Both the position numbers and the translations under genes were made by a program. Below the pieces are notes generated by a model. It was not told where the DNA came from. It ran no database searches and worked only from the letters and a program-made list of their open reading frames with translations. Shown here piece after piece: positions 39,957 to 49,801 of a stretch of 64,000 bases of DNA (positions within the stretch are counted from its first letter, which is position 1; each line of letters starts with the position of its first letter). This stretch comes from an uncultured virus (IMG/VR IMGVR_UViG_3300022660_003376) (lineage: Duplodnaviria > Heunggongvirae > Uroviricota > Caudoviricetes): IMG/VR virus record IMGVR_UViG_3300022660_003376; one strand, given 5' to 3'.

Positions 39957-41777
39957 TTGTTAGATACGTACATGCAATACCTAACGGATATAGTGTTATG
40001 CTTAGAAAAGCATGATGTCAGCATAGATACAGACTTATTATTTAATACCTCTGACTACAGTGATATGTACATGGGTATCAGAGCGTTAGAAGGGTATTTG
40101 AGGTTAAATGATATTCTTTCTGTTGCTAAGAGTCCGAAGAAAATCGTGATATTAGATACTGAAAGTCAAGTCTTATTCTCCGAAGTGCTTCAACGTGAAA
40201 TTTCGAGTAATTTTGGCGTTAGTTTGGGTGATTTGGTACATTCAGATACTAATGAAATATGCAATCCAAGCGATGAAAACAATATGCAGGAACAGGAAGA
40301 CTCCACTACAAGTCATTCGCTCATTTTAACAGACGAGGAGTTAGAGGATACAGACGCTCTGGAATTGCAGTGTTTTCAGCGTTTGATGTCTAATTTTGAT
40401 GAAAACGGTATGCCTATTGTAGATTTAGATGACGATGCTGATGATGATATTATTCGGTTCGAGGAATATGCTTCAGAAGATTGGTCACCGTCTATGGATG
40501 CAGAGGATGATGAATTAGACGATAGTATCGATGAAGAAGACGATGATGGTTGGGAAGAGGAGTCTAACGAGGGTATGGCTGAATACGCCACAGAAGCAGA
40601 AGACGATTTTGAACCTGAGGAAGACGATGATGGTTGGGAAGAGGAGTCAGAAGGGACAGGAGAGGATGTATCTGAAGACGATTTCGAGCCTGAGGAAGAC
40701 GATGGTGATTGGGACGAAGAGTCTAGTGAGGGTATGGATGAATACACCGCAGAAGCAGAAGATGATTTCGAACCTGAAGAAGACGATGATGACTGGGAGG
40801 AGGAGTCTGACGAGGTCGGTGAAGACGATTTTGAACCTGAAGAAGATGATGATGATGACTGGGATGAAGAGTCTGATGAGGATGCGAATAACCATATTAC
40901 AGAACCAGAAGACGATTTCGAACCCGAAGAAGATGATGACGATGATTGGTCTGAGGAAGATACATCAGAAGCAACAGATGTCTTTGAACCAGAAGATGAC
41001 TTCGAACCTGAGGAAGACGATGAAGACGACTGGTCTAGTGGTACTGATGATTTAGAGGAAAACACATCAGAAGACGATTTCGAACCTGAGGAAGATGATG
41101 ACGATGACTGGGGTAGTGATAATTTTGCTTCTGAAGATGGTTTCAATTCCGATGAAGACGATTTCGAACCAGAAGAAGACGATGACGATGACTGGGGTAG
41201 CGAGGGTCAAGATGTTCAAACAACCGATGATACCGACTGGTTAGAGGAAGACGATGATGAAGACGGCGACTGGGATAGTCCAGAAAATATAAATAATTCT
41301 TCAGACTCTTTCTCAAATGGTCTAGGTAACAGTAATTCTTGTGAGCCAGAAGATAGGAATGTTGGTGGTACGACACGGAGTATTCTGAATTGGAGAAGCG
41401 GTAATAGGGAGTGGGAAAGAACACAACGAGGCAGTAACCCATATGAAGACTACGATTCTTCACAGGATACTTATGTTGACCCTGCTGATTTTATCGACTT
41501 AGACGAAGATAGATTGCAGGAAACACCACAACCCAACTGGGTATCTCGCAGTTCTTTAAACGAAGATTGCTCATTTGGTCACGATACTTATAATAATCGT
41601 GGCGATACAAGAGCAAATCCTGAGTTTTCATGCGAGGCAGGTTGTTCTGAACAGAATTTCGATGAAGTTCTTGCCGATAACATAACAAATATGGCAGACA
41701 AGGCTGTAAAAGGGTTATTTAAGATAGGCAACAGCATAAAGAACAAATTCCGAAATTCAGGCAACAACGGTAACTAA
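39957..41777 (+). CDS. Extremely acidic repeat protein (EDDFEPEEDDDxW x8)
   Basis: AGGAGGT before TTG 39957; about 250-aa Asp/Glu tract with periodic Phe and Trp. Confidence 0.8.
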   Translation: MLDTYMQYLTDIVLCLEKHDVSIDTDLLFNTSDYSDMYMGIRALEGYLRLNDILSVAKSPKKIVILDTESQVLFSEVLQREISSNFGVSLGDLVHSDTNEICNPSDENNMQEQEDSTTSHSLILTDEELEDTDALELQCFQRLMSNFDENGMPIVDLDDDADDDIIRFEEYASEDWSPSMDAEDDELDDSIDEEDDDGWEEESNEGMAEYATEAEDDFEPEEDDDGWEEESEGTGEDVSEDDFEPEEDDGDWDEESSEGMDEYTAEAEDDFEPEEDDDDWEEESDEVGEDDFEPEEDDDDDWDEESDEDANNHITEPEDDFEPEEDDDDDWSEEDTSEATDVFEPEDDFEPEEDDEDDWSSGTDDLEENTSEDDFEPEEDDDDDWGSDNFASEDGFNSDEDDFEPEEDDDDDWGSEGQDVQTTDDTDWLEEDDDEDGDWDSPENINNSSDSFSNGLGNSNSCEPEDRNVGGTTRSILNWRSGNREWERTQRGSNPYEDYDSSQDTYVDPADFIDLDEDRLQETPQPNWVSRSSLNEDCSFGHDTYNNRGDTRANPEFSCEAGCSEQNFDEVLADNITNMADKAVKGLFKIGNSIKNKFRNSGNNGN

Positions 41778-41822
41778 TTTAAAAATGACTATAAGTTTAG
41801 TCAAAAATAACGGAGGTATACT

Positions 41823-42788
41823 ATGAGTATTAAGAAGAAACAGGAAATCAACGAACAGATTGCAAGTCTTTATGAGCAGTACGGTGAGGGTTTTGAGACT
41901 CTCAAGGAAGCAAGAAAGTCTGACATTGAGGGTATCGATGTAAATGACGGTAAAGCATCTGATAAGTTCATTGCTTCTCTCAGAGAAAAGCTTGAGACAG
42001 TAGCAAGAGGTGTAGTAGGTGGGGTATCTAAGTTTAGCTCATCTTACAAGATAATCCTCACACCAGACGGAGGTATTGACAGAATTGAATATACAATCAA
42101 GTCACCTATCCGTGCTAAAGTACCATACAGTTATACAGAGTACATAGATGGCAAAAGTGATATCTTTGATGAAATGGCTAAGACTTTTGCAGTAGGTCTT
42201 GTTGGTCTTTATCAGGTTAATACAGCACATGAAAACATTGAGGCACTCAATGAGGCTCTTACAGAGATTTTCGATGCTGAAGATATAAAGGCAAGATTTA
42301 AATTTGCTGTAAGTGACAAGTACGTTACTGAAATCACTAATGAGTGCGTAACATTCGGTGTTTCTATTGAGAATGCTTTCAGTGTAAGCGGACTCGAAAT
42401 CTTCAGAAGTGGTAACGAATGGGAAGACTGCTGTAGAGCCGAAGAGATAGGTCGTATAATCTCAGCAGTGAAGTCAGCAGATACTACTGTAAAGCTTATT
42501 AAAGCCAATATTGACATTGTAAAGGCTATGGTAGGTCACAAGTCAATGAAGAGAGCAGACTCTCTTATCCGTAAGGCATACAGCAAGAAGGCTCAGTACA
42601 TACCAGACAAGGGTGGTGTAGGTTACTTCGAAGCTGATATTAAGGTTGACGGTGAAGACGTAAGTATCTTTGCTCTTGTTGGTAAGGATGCAGACGGTAA
42701 CATGTCTGTAGTGCTTAATCCATTTAACATCAGCACTCTGTTTAACATTGAGTATGATGTACTTGCCAACATACCTAAGACTAAATAA
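41823..42788 (+). CDS. Hypothetical protein, 321 aa
   Basis: GGAGG RBS; clean ORF. Confidence 0.8.
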   Translation: MSIKKKQEINEQIASLYEQYGEGFETLKEARKSDIEGIDVNDGKASDKFIASLREKLETVARGVVGGVSKFSSSYKIILTPDGGIDRIEYTIKSPIRAKVPYSYTEYIDGKSDIFDEMAKTFAVGLVGLYQVNTAHENIEALNEALTEIFDAEDIKARFKFAVSDKYVTEITNECVTFGVSIENAFSVSGLEIFRSGNEWEDCCRAEEIGRIISAVKSADTTVKLIKANIDIVKAMVGHKSMKRADSLIRKAYSKKAQYIPDKGGVGYFEADIKVDGEDVSIFALVGKDADGNMSVVLNPFNISTLFNIEYDVLANIPKTK

Positions 42789-42793
42789 TTAAT

Positions 42794-43288
42794 ATGACAC
42801 ACAAAAAAGCTGGTGTAATTATAGCAGTAGCTATTGTAGGTTTAGCTTTGTTGATATATGGGGTATCACACATCAAGGTTGTGCGTAAACCTCAGGCAGA
42901 TACAAAGCAACCTCAGGCTACTGCGGTAGTTACTGAGGTGTCTAAGAAGCAGAAGCAAGATAAAAACAACGAGTCAAGCTCAAGCACAAGCATTCCTGAT
43001 TCAGACTTACCTTTAGTAGAGATAATAGCTGAGGATAAGTTGGACTATAACTCTGTAGACCAGACAACAACAGGTGTAGTAAAGAGTAAGAAGTGCTATT
43101 TATCAGGTAATCAAGTTGTACATCTCATTGAGATTGAAGCAACAATGGGTACTAGCAAAAATAATGTGCTATATTTCTGTTCATATTCTGTATATGAGCA
43201 ATTATATGAGGGTGAGATTTTAAATCTTGTTTACAGACAGACGACAGCAAATACATATGCTGTAATATCAGTGTCAAGGGATGCTTAA
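42794..43288 (+). CDS. Membrane-anchored protein with C-terminal beta-rich (OB-like) domain
   Basis: N-terminal TM; TTTGVVKSK...YEQLYEGEILNLVY. Confidence 0.6.
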   Translation: MTHKKAGVIIAVAIVGLALLIYGVSHIKVVRKPQADTKQPQATAVVTEVSKKQKQDKNNESSSSTSIPDSDLPLVEIIAEDKLDYNSVDQTTTGVVKSKKCYLSGNQVVHLIEIEATMGTSKNNVLYFCSYSVYEQLYEGEILNLVYRQTTANTYAVISVSRDA

Positions 43289-43513
43289 ATCACGGTAAAA
43301 CATATATTCTAGCGTAAACGGGTACGCTTGCGTTAGTTTATGCCTATACTGTGTATTTATAAATTATTTTTTCGTGAGTTAATCTCGTGAAAATGAAAAA
43401 ATACTCATAAAATTTTTGTGTCATTAAATTTAAGGCGGTGAAATCTGACGCAAGGGTATTTAGGATTTGCTGTAAAAATGCAGAAAAATTTTGAGAAATT
43501 TTTTCAAAAAGAG

Positions 43514-43542
43514 TTGACAAGCTCAGTTGGGTATGCTATAAT
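43514..43542 (+). promoter_or_regulatory. Consensus sigmaA promoter with extended -10
   Basis: TTGACA-17 bp-TATAAT, TGcTATAAT. Confidence 0.85.
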
Positions 43543-43643
43543 AGAAACATACCAATCGAGGTAAGTCATACAAGTAAAATCATTCACAAGGTTGATTTTA
43601 CCACACAATTTAATTTTATAAGTTTTAATGGGAGGTATAAGTC

Positions 43644-44438
43644 ATGGGACTTAAATCACAAATCGAACAGATGAACCAGAACAACAGTAATGCAACAGCA
43701 GGTGCAACACCGTCAGGCGTATCAGCTCCAGCAGGTGTAACACCACCAGTTCAGACAGCTACATCAAGTGGCGATAGAGCGAAAGCTTTTAAGAACCACG
43801 GTTCAGCTCTTATTGCTCAGATGAGTGATGAAGACAGAGCAAAGCTCGGCTCGATGTCTAACACACTCACATTCGTAAAGTGTGCAGGTGACCCACAGAA
43901 ACAGCAGTCTAAGACAACTCAGGGCAAGGCTGAGCCAAGCCACAAGGTTGTTGGTTACCTTTTCAAATCATCAGTAGACATTACAGTGCCATTTGCACCA
44001 CTTAAGCAGGGTTGTACTTGCCCAACAGACGTTGAGGAAAGAACAGACCGTGAAGTAAAAGCAGGTGAAGTGTTCGTACTTAACAACGTTGAAACAGCAA
44101 TGCTTCTCGGTAGACCTGAATATTCAGGTAAGGCTAGCGGTGAAGGTGGAAAGGTCGTAACACTTACTGTTAAGGCATCAAAGAGCAGTAAGAATGCTCT
44201 CTTACCAGTACTCCGCACTCCTGATGGCTCAATCAAGGACGGTATGGATTTGATAGCTACTAAGACTGTAGGTGCAGACGGTAAGGACGTTTGGGAACTC
44301 AAGGAGTTCTACAAGGAGTCTTATGGTGCTTACTACCAGAAGAGAACAGCTGTTCGCTCAGGTAAATCAGCATCATCATCTCTTGAAAGCTGTGTATCTT
44401 TGGCAGCAGCATTCAACGAGATGTACAACAAGAAGTAA
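43644..44438 (+). CDS. Hypothetical protein, probably highly expressed
   Basis: Perfect promoter, GGGAGGT RBS, frequent AAC/TTC/TAC codons, double terminator. Confidence 0.8.
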   Translation: MGLKSQIEQMNQNNSNATAGATPSGVSAPAGVTPPVQTATSSGDRAKAFKNHGSALIAQMSDEDRAKLGSMSNTLTFVKCAGDPQKQQSKTTQGKAEPSHKVVGYLFKSSVDITVPFAPLKQGCTCPTDVEERTDREVKAGEVFVLNNVETAMLLGRPEYSGKASGEGGKVVTLTVKASKSSKNALLPVLRTPDGSIKDGMDLIATKTVGADGKDVWELKEFYKESYGAYYQKRTAVRSGKSASSSLESCVSLAAAFNEMYNKK

Positions 44439-44610
44439 GATTTACATTTTTTCTCTTAGAAAGGCTATACTTTACGTGTAGCCTTTCTTTTTTGTTGCTT
44501 AGTTTCAGTGGTAAGTATTCCGCCACCGATTTTGAGATTTAAATATTTTTCTATTAGAAAGGCTACGTATGGTATGTAGCCTTTTATTTTTGAGTTTTAG
44601 TGCAAGGTGC
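44438..44610 (+). terminator. Tandemly duplicated intrinsic terminator
   Basis: agaaaggcta...tagcctttc at 44458-44493 and agaaaggcta...tagcctttt at 44556-44591, within an about 97-bp direct duplication. Confidence 0.8.
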
Positions 44611-44774
44611 AGGGTACTATATGTAATTACTTTATAAAATTTATATACAAAACAAAGTTGGGTATCGTTATAATATTAGACTAAGTATTAAACACGTAAA
44701 ACAGTTACAAAAATATAAGGTAATTCTCGGTATATCAAGTCAATATTTCATAAAAATATAAAGGAGAATTAAAA

Positions 44775-46127
44775 ATGGCAGATTTGTCATACGCAAGAAA
44801 ATACAGACCTGCGACAATGAAAGGGTACATTGGAAACGATAAAGTTAAAAAGACTGCTTTTGCATCTTTAAAAAGAAACATTAGACCGCAGGTTATTTTA
44901 CTTGAGGGTTCAAGTGGTTGTGGTAAAACCACATTTGCTCGTCTTTTAGCCAAGGAATATCTATGTGAGAATAGGGATGTAGAGACTGGAGCGTGTGGTT
45001 GTTGTCCAAACTGTGTTGCTTTGGAGGAGTATATACATACGGGCGTTACTGATATGCTTCAATCAGTTAAAGAAATAAACATCGCAGACCAGAGTGGTAA
45101 GCGTGATATTGATACTGTATTAGATGATATGCTTATTCCAACATTTGATGGTGAGTGGAAAGTGTATATATTTGACGAATGTCACATGGCTACACCTCAG
45201 GCACAGAATAGAATGCTAAAAATAGTGGAAGAACCGCCTGAGAATGTTCTGATACTGTTTTGCACTACAAATCCAGAGGCTATGCTTGATACCTTGATAA
45301 ACAGATGTCAGTTATCGCTTCATGTAAGAAAGCCGTCTGTATCTGAGTTAGGTGGTTTGTTAAGGGGTGTTTGTTCTGCTGAGGAAGTAGACTGTGATAT
45401 AAAGGGCGTAAACTTTATAGCAAACAGGGCTAACTTGACAATACGTAAGGCGTTATCTTACTTAGAGAGGGTAGTTACTGAGCGTGGGAGTGCATATTAC
45501 GAAGACGCTATTAGTGTATTTGAGGAGATATCAGATGCACAAATCATTCAGTTTTACAAGAAGCTGATAGGTACACCAGAGTATGATGCGAACGGTAATA
45601 TAAAGAGACACTCAAACGGCACAGCGATTTACAAGCGAGACATATTAGGGTATGTAACTTTACTACATCAGATAAAAACTTCTCTTGAGTTAAAACTATT
45701 CGTGCAGAGTTTAACTGACTTCACGATTAAAGGGTTGTATGTAATTAATCAGATAAATCTTGATGGGGTATCTGACGGTGAGTTAAGTATATACAGGGAG
45801 ATATTTGGTTCATTTTCTATAGAGCAGATTGCTAGTTTGTTGCACAAACTTACAACACTAAGGAATGGCGATATCGAGACTGAGTTGTTACTCTTGGGTT
45901 ACACTGGTTTACTGCCATACAGAGAAGAAGCAAATCCAATAACGACAGGTACTGGTTTAGATTACAACCCATCTGAGTTAAACATGGAAAGTAAACGTGA
46001 GTCTAAAAGCCGTGAGGAAGCAAGGAAAGAAAATCAGGCAAATGGGATAACTAGAATAGAGGAGATGTCGGAGCAGATGGATTTTTCTGCTTTGCAGGCT
46101 ATGTTTGGCGGTGCAACAGTTGTATAA
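44775..46127 (+). CDS. dnaX: DNA polymerase III gamma/tau-like clamp-loader subunit
   Basis: ARKYRP, GSSGCGKTTFAR, ACGCCPNC zinc module, KVYIFDECHM, LKIVEEPP, NRC. Confidence 0.9.
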   Translation: MADLSYARKYRPATMKGYIGNDKVKKTAFASLKRNIRPQVILLEGSSGCGKTTFARLLAKEYLCENRDVETGACGCCPNCVALEEYIHTGVTDMLQSVKEINIADQSGKRDIDTVLDDMLIPTFDGEWKVYIFDECHMATPQAQNRMLKIVEEPPENVLILFCTTNPEAMLDTLINRCQLSLHVRKPSVSELGGLLRGVCSAEEVDCDIKGVNFIANRANLTIRKALSYLERVVTERGSAYYEDAISVFEEISDAQIIQFYKKLIGTPEYDANGNIKRHSNGTAIYKRDILGYVTLLHQIKTSLELKLFVQSLTDFTIKGLYVINQINLDGVSDGELSIYREIFGSFSIEQIASLLHKLTTLRNGDIETELLLLGYTGLLPYREEANPITTGTGLDYNPSELNMESKRESKSREEARKENQANGITRIEEMSEQMDFSALQAMFGGATVV

Positions 46128-46206
46128 AAAATAATTATAAGATTATTATTTTTATATGCTACATTGTTGTAAATTATAAAATAAATATTTTAAGGAGGTT
46201 TTTCTT

Positions 46207-46971
46207 ATGAAACAGATACGGAGATTTCTCTTAACTCTTGTGGTAGTTTTAATTATGAGTTTTGGGACAGGAGCTTCAGTATTTGCAACCGAGGACTTAG
46301 ACGGTTTGACAGGTGATAACCAGAGTTCTCAAAGTGACGATGTAGGTGCTTTAGGTGAAGCACTCAGGGGGTATCAGCCAGTTTCAGATGAGAATGTTAG
46401 GGAAGCTCAGAAGATAGCAAGTCCTATAACAAACATAATCGGAAACTTAGTTGGTGTGATTACACTTGTAGTTGGTGGCGGTATATTCTTAGTTACTGCT
46501 CTTGACTTTGTGTACATTGCGTTGCCACCTTTCCGAGGGGTACTTACATCAAGATGGCAGTTCATCTCTGATGAAGCTATTGCAGTTGTTCAGCCACCGA
46601 TGCAGAATGCTCAGGCAGGCGTAAACGGTATGAATGGCATGAATGGCATGGGTATGAACGGCATGGGAGGCATGGGCAGATACGGCGGTATGAATGGCAT
46701 GAACGGTATGGGTGGCATGTCAGGCATGGGTGGCATGTCAGGTATGAACGGCATGAATGGTATGAACGGTATGAATGCTCAGGGACAGCCTACATTCAAG
46801 AGTTGTATAACTACATACTTTAAGAAGAGAATTGTATTCGTAGTTATATTTACTATAGCGTTAATTCTGCTTACAAGCTCGGCACTCACAGGTGTTGGTA
46901 TCAATCTGGCACAACTCTTGTTTAACGTAATCGAGAAAATCAATGAGGCTATAAACAACGTTAAGATTTAA
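46207..46971 (+). CDS. VirB2-like membrane protein paralog 1, with Gly-Met-Asn repeat insert
   Basis: Signal peptide, two hydrophobic segments, LDFVYIALP..R / ISDEA / YFKKR motifs. Confidence 0.5.
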   Translation: MKQIRRFLLTLVVVLIMSFGTGASVFATEDLDGLTGDNQSSQSDDVGALGEALRGYQPVSDENVREAQKIASPITNIIGNLVGVITLVVGGGIFLVTALDFVYIALPPFRGVLTSRWQFISDEAIAVVQPPMQNAQAGVNGMNGMNGMGMNGMGGMGRYGGMNGMNGMGGMSGMGGMSGMNGMNGMNGMNAQGQPTFKSCITTYFKKRIVFVVIFTIALILLTSSALTGVGINLAQLLFNVIEKINEAINNVKI

Positions 46972-47000
46972 TAGTGCTTAACAGAATACAGATTATGAAT

Positions 47001-47034
47001 GGTGAGTATATTTTATAATATGCTCACCTTTTTC
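47001..47034 (+). terminator. Intrinsic terminator
   Basis: ggtgagtatatt/aatatgctcacc followed by T tract. Confidence 0.75.
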
Positions 47035-47102
47035 ATTTATTTTATGATATTACGGTAAATAGGTATAAAAAATAAGTTGAAATATGAGAGGTAAATGGAA
47101 AA

Positions 47103-47327
47103 ATGAATGTATTAGCAAGTTTTATGTCAGATTTCTCTATGGTATTTGCCGACAATATAGCATTTAAGTATTTTTTCAAGGTACTAATAGTATTCGCTAT
47201 ATTTGGTGTGATATGCTATGTAGGGTACAGGGTAATTTCCAAGAGAAAGGCTATAAAGGCTCAGGAAAGGGCACGTCAGAGGGAGATTGCTCGTGCTGAA
47301 CGCAGAAAGAGAATGTTTCAGCAATAA
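47103..47327 (+). CDS. Small membrane protein with basic C-terminal tail
   Basis: Single TM followed by R/K-rich helix. Confidence 0.65.
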   Translation: MNVLASFMSDFSMVFADNIAFKYFFKVLIVFAIFGVICYVGYRVISKRKAIKAQERARQREIARAERRKRMFQQ

Positions 47328-47350
47328 GATTGAAACGGAGGTGATTTAGG

Positions 47351-47632
47351 TTGGGCTTTGAGTCTATACCTTTAATCAAAGCTAGGTTTATGAAAAACCC
47401 TAAGCAACAAAGTCAGCGTATTGAGAAAAACAAAGTGAGGTCAGCCATTATGGAGATGTGTCAGGAGTACTTACGTAATCCCGATGATATACTCACATTC
47501 GAGGCGTTACCTAATGCATTAGACGCAACAATCGAGGTAATAACCGAACCTTTATTGTTAGATAGGTACGATTTTCAGCAGTATAGTGAGACTTTGTTCA
47601 TGGTTAAACTGCGAGAGTTTGATATTCTGTAA
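47351..47632 (+). CDS. Hypothetical protein, 93 aa
   Basis: GGAGGTG RBS, TTG start. Confidence 0.7.
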   Translation: MGFESIPLIKARFMKNPKQQSQRIEKNKVRSAIMEMCQEYLRNPDDILTFEALPNALDATIEVITEPLLLDRYDFQQYSETLFMVKLREFDIL

Positions 47633-47653
47633 AAGAGGAGGTAAGTATATAAG

Positions 47654-48178
47654 ATGGAAGAGTATGTAGAGAAGAAACTTTCAATGTATTCGAGGCGTTG
47701 GAGGCTTGCTGAGAAGTTCAACCTTGAGAAGACAAAGGTAAGAACTATAATCGATACATACATTGAAATGTGTCGTGAGGATTTACTGAGTGGGCATATA
47801 GTGCAGATATTTGGGTTAGTTAAATTAGTACCTGAGAACGCTGTAGACGACTTTGTAGCTACGACAGCATGGTATAGTAAGCGTTTAGCAAAGGATACAT
47901 CGATACCGTACAATACAATTTTATGTGTATTGAAGGAGTATCAGGAGGATATGCGAGACGAGTTACTTAGTGGGAAGAATGTGACTATTCCTAGGTTAGC
48001 TAGTCTATTTGCCTTGCAAAAAGGCGATGGGTATGTGGTACATTCACGTATATCTGAGACAATACACCAAGAAATTTCACAGGGAAGTCGAGACGTGACA
48101 GGGGTACGAGCACATTCAAGTAAATTATTACGGCAGTGTATTTCTGCTATTGTCAGGGAAGATGAGGAGGCAGGCTAA
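47654..48178 (+). CDS. Tandem HU/IHF-like DNA-binding protein
   Basis: Two internal repeats: IIDTYIEMCREDLLSGHIVQIFGLVKL and VLKEYQEDMRDELLSGKNVTIPRLASL. Confidence 0.55.
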   Translation: MEEYVEKKLSMYSRRWRLAEKFNLEKTKVRTIIDTYIEMCREDLLSGHIVQIFGLVKLVPENAVDDFVATTAWYSKRLAKDTSIPYNTILCVLKEYQEDMRDELLSGKNVTIPRLASLFALQKGDGYVVHSRISETIHQEISQGSRDVTGVRAHSSKLLRQCISAIVREDEEAG

Positions 48179-48924
48179 TGACGGGCGATACACACAGAGA
48201 GGGTGGTATGCTTGTTAGTTTAGCAGGCTTTTTACTCTTAAAGAATAACAACCTATTGCTTCCAGACGTAAATGAAGCAATACAGTTGCTTATTATATAT
48301 CCTTTCGCTTTATGGGGTAGTACAGCAAGCGACTTAGACCATAAGTTAGACTCAGCACCGTCTAAGGACGTGTTTAGTCGTATAATATCTAGGTCATTGC
48401 ATCTCACCTCAAAGACGAGAGATAAGATGGAAAATATGAGAGGGGGAGGTAAGAAATCACCAATATATCATTTACTGGGTATATTTGATGCATCGCATCG
48501 AAGTTGGCAGACTCACTCAGATTTAACGCTATTTGTGATATTGACTATCTTATGGGGGTTAGTCACGGACAGGTTTAGCGTAGGTTTTACTGGGGTAGAT
48601 ACTGCCTTAGCATCTTTAGTCTTAATGGGTATCGGTTTAGGTGTTACGGCACACTTAATATTAGATATGCTAACGCCACAAGGCGTATGGTGTACGATAG
48701 GTGTTGCGTTGAACAAGCTTTTAAGCCTGCTATTTAGGCGAGAGATACATTTACTACCTGAGAAGTTAAAACTTGTTCCTAAGTGGAGTTTGTTTACAAC
48801 GGGTTCTACGTGGGAAGATATAGTATGTAAGATACTAGGCTTCTTAAAGGTAGTGTCGGTAGTTTATTTAGGGATAAAAATAATTTGTCCTGAGATTTTC
48901 CCATACGAAATAAAATTTATATAA
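48178..48924 (+). CDS. YdjM/DUF457-family membrane-bound metal-dependent hydrolase
   Basis: MTGDTH, SDLDH, HRSWQTHS, HLILDMLTPQGV. Confidence 0.85.
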   Translation: MTGDTHREGGMLVSLAGFLLLKNNNLLLPDVNEAIQLLIIYPFALWGSTASDLDHKLDSAPSKDVFSRIISRSLHLTSKTRDKMENMRGGGKKSPIYHLLGIFDASHRSWQTHSDLTLFVILTILWGLVTDRFSVGFTGVDTALASLVLMGIGLGVTAHLILDMLTPQGVWCTIGVALNKLLSLLFRREIHLLPEKLKLVPKWSLFTTGSTWEDIVCKILGFLKVVSVVYLGIKIICPEIFPYEIKFI

Positions 48925-48940
48925 GACGGAGGAAAGACAC

Positions 48941-49786
48941 ATGAATTTTAAGAAGATGATTAAGAGAGTTGTAGTATCCACAACACTTGCTTTATCCATG
49001 ATAGTTTCATCTGGCATAACAGCAAGTGCTAACACAAGTGCACAAGCTTACGCTAAGTTGGGTACATATGTAGGTTCAGCTGGTAACGATGCCAACCTTA
49101 ATGACGGTAAGGGTAAAGACAAAATTTATATGCTTGAAGGTGGCGGTACGGCAACTTATGAAAATATCGTTGATGCTAACGGTATACCTACGAATACCTT
49201 TGCACAGCTCACTGCGAAGGATAAGGAAGAATGTTTATCAGACATGATAGGGTATGCAGATGAAGCTATAAAAAACTATAGTTCTTCAGATGGTGTTACA
49301 GAAGACGTAAAGACAACATGGCTTGAAGACGTACAGAGTTGTAATGGAGTTGGACCTCAGTTGCTCAGTACACTCTTACAGAATACTAAACCAGACTACG
49401 CAACTGCAAACAGAATATACGCACCTTTTTCAGGCGTGGTAGGTACAATTTTAGCTTTGGCATCAATACTGATACTTGCGTTTTTGACAATATCAATAGG
49501 TTTGGACTTAGCATACATAGCTATTCCATTCGTAAGACTTATGTTTGGTGATTCAAACGACAGACCTAAGGTTATTTCATATGAAGCTTATTCTGCGGTT
49601 CAGGAAGCTGAGAATGGTGGTAGTGGTGATGGCAAGGGTAATAAGGTTGCCGTTGGTCAGTACTTCAAGAAGAAGGTTGTAGCTATTATAATCCTCTGTA
49701 TCTGCTTATTGTACTTGATTCAGGGTCAGATATTCACTCTCGTAGGTTGGATTCTTAACTTGCTCAGAGGTTTCCTTGGATTCTAA
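48941..49786 (+). CDS. VirB2-like membrane protein paralog 2
   Basis: Signal peptide; LDLAYIAIPFVR / KVISYEA / YFKKK motifs between two hydrophobic segments. Confidence 0.5.
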   Translation: MNFKKMIKRVVVSTTLALSMIVSSGITASANTSAQAYAKLGTYVGSAGNDANLNDGKGKDKIYMLEGGGTATYENIVDANGIPTNTFAQLTAKDKEECLSDMIGYADEAIKNYSSSDGVTEDVKTTWLEDVQSCNGVGPQLLSTLLQNTKPDYATANRIYAPFSGVVGTILALASILILAFLTISIGLDLAYIAIPFVRLMFGDSNDRPKVISYEAYSAVQEAENGGSGDGKGNKVAVGQYFKKKVVAIIILCICLLYLIQGQIFTLVGWILNLLRGFLGF

Positions 49787-49801
49787 GGAGGAGAACAATA
49801 G

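Noticed and set aside
40531..41055. Alternative-frame K/M/T-rich ORF (also 36244-36465)
   Set aside because: Frame-shifted read of the acidic repeats; no RBS
40376..41146. 256-aa Ser-rich minus-strand ORF (likewise 35828-36541, 23961-24701, 25264-25764, 59899-60267)
   Set aside because: Antisense shadows of GAA/GAT-rich acidic or coiled-coil genes, which lack stops on the opposite strand
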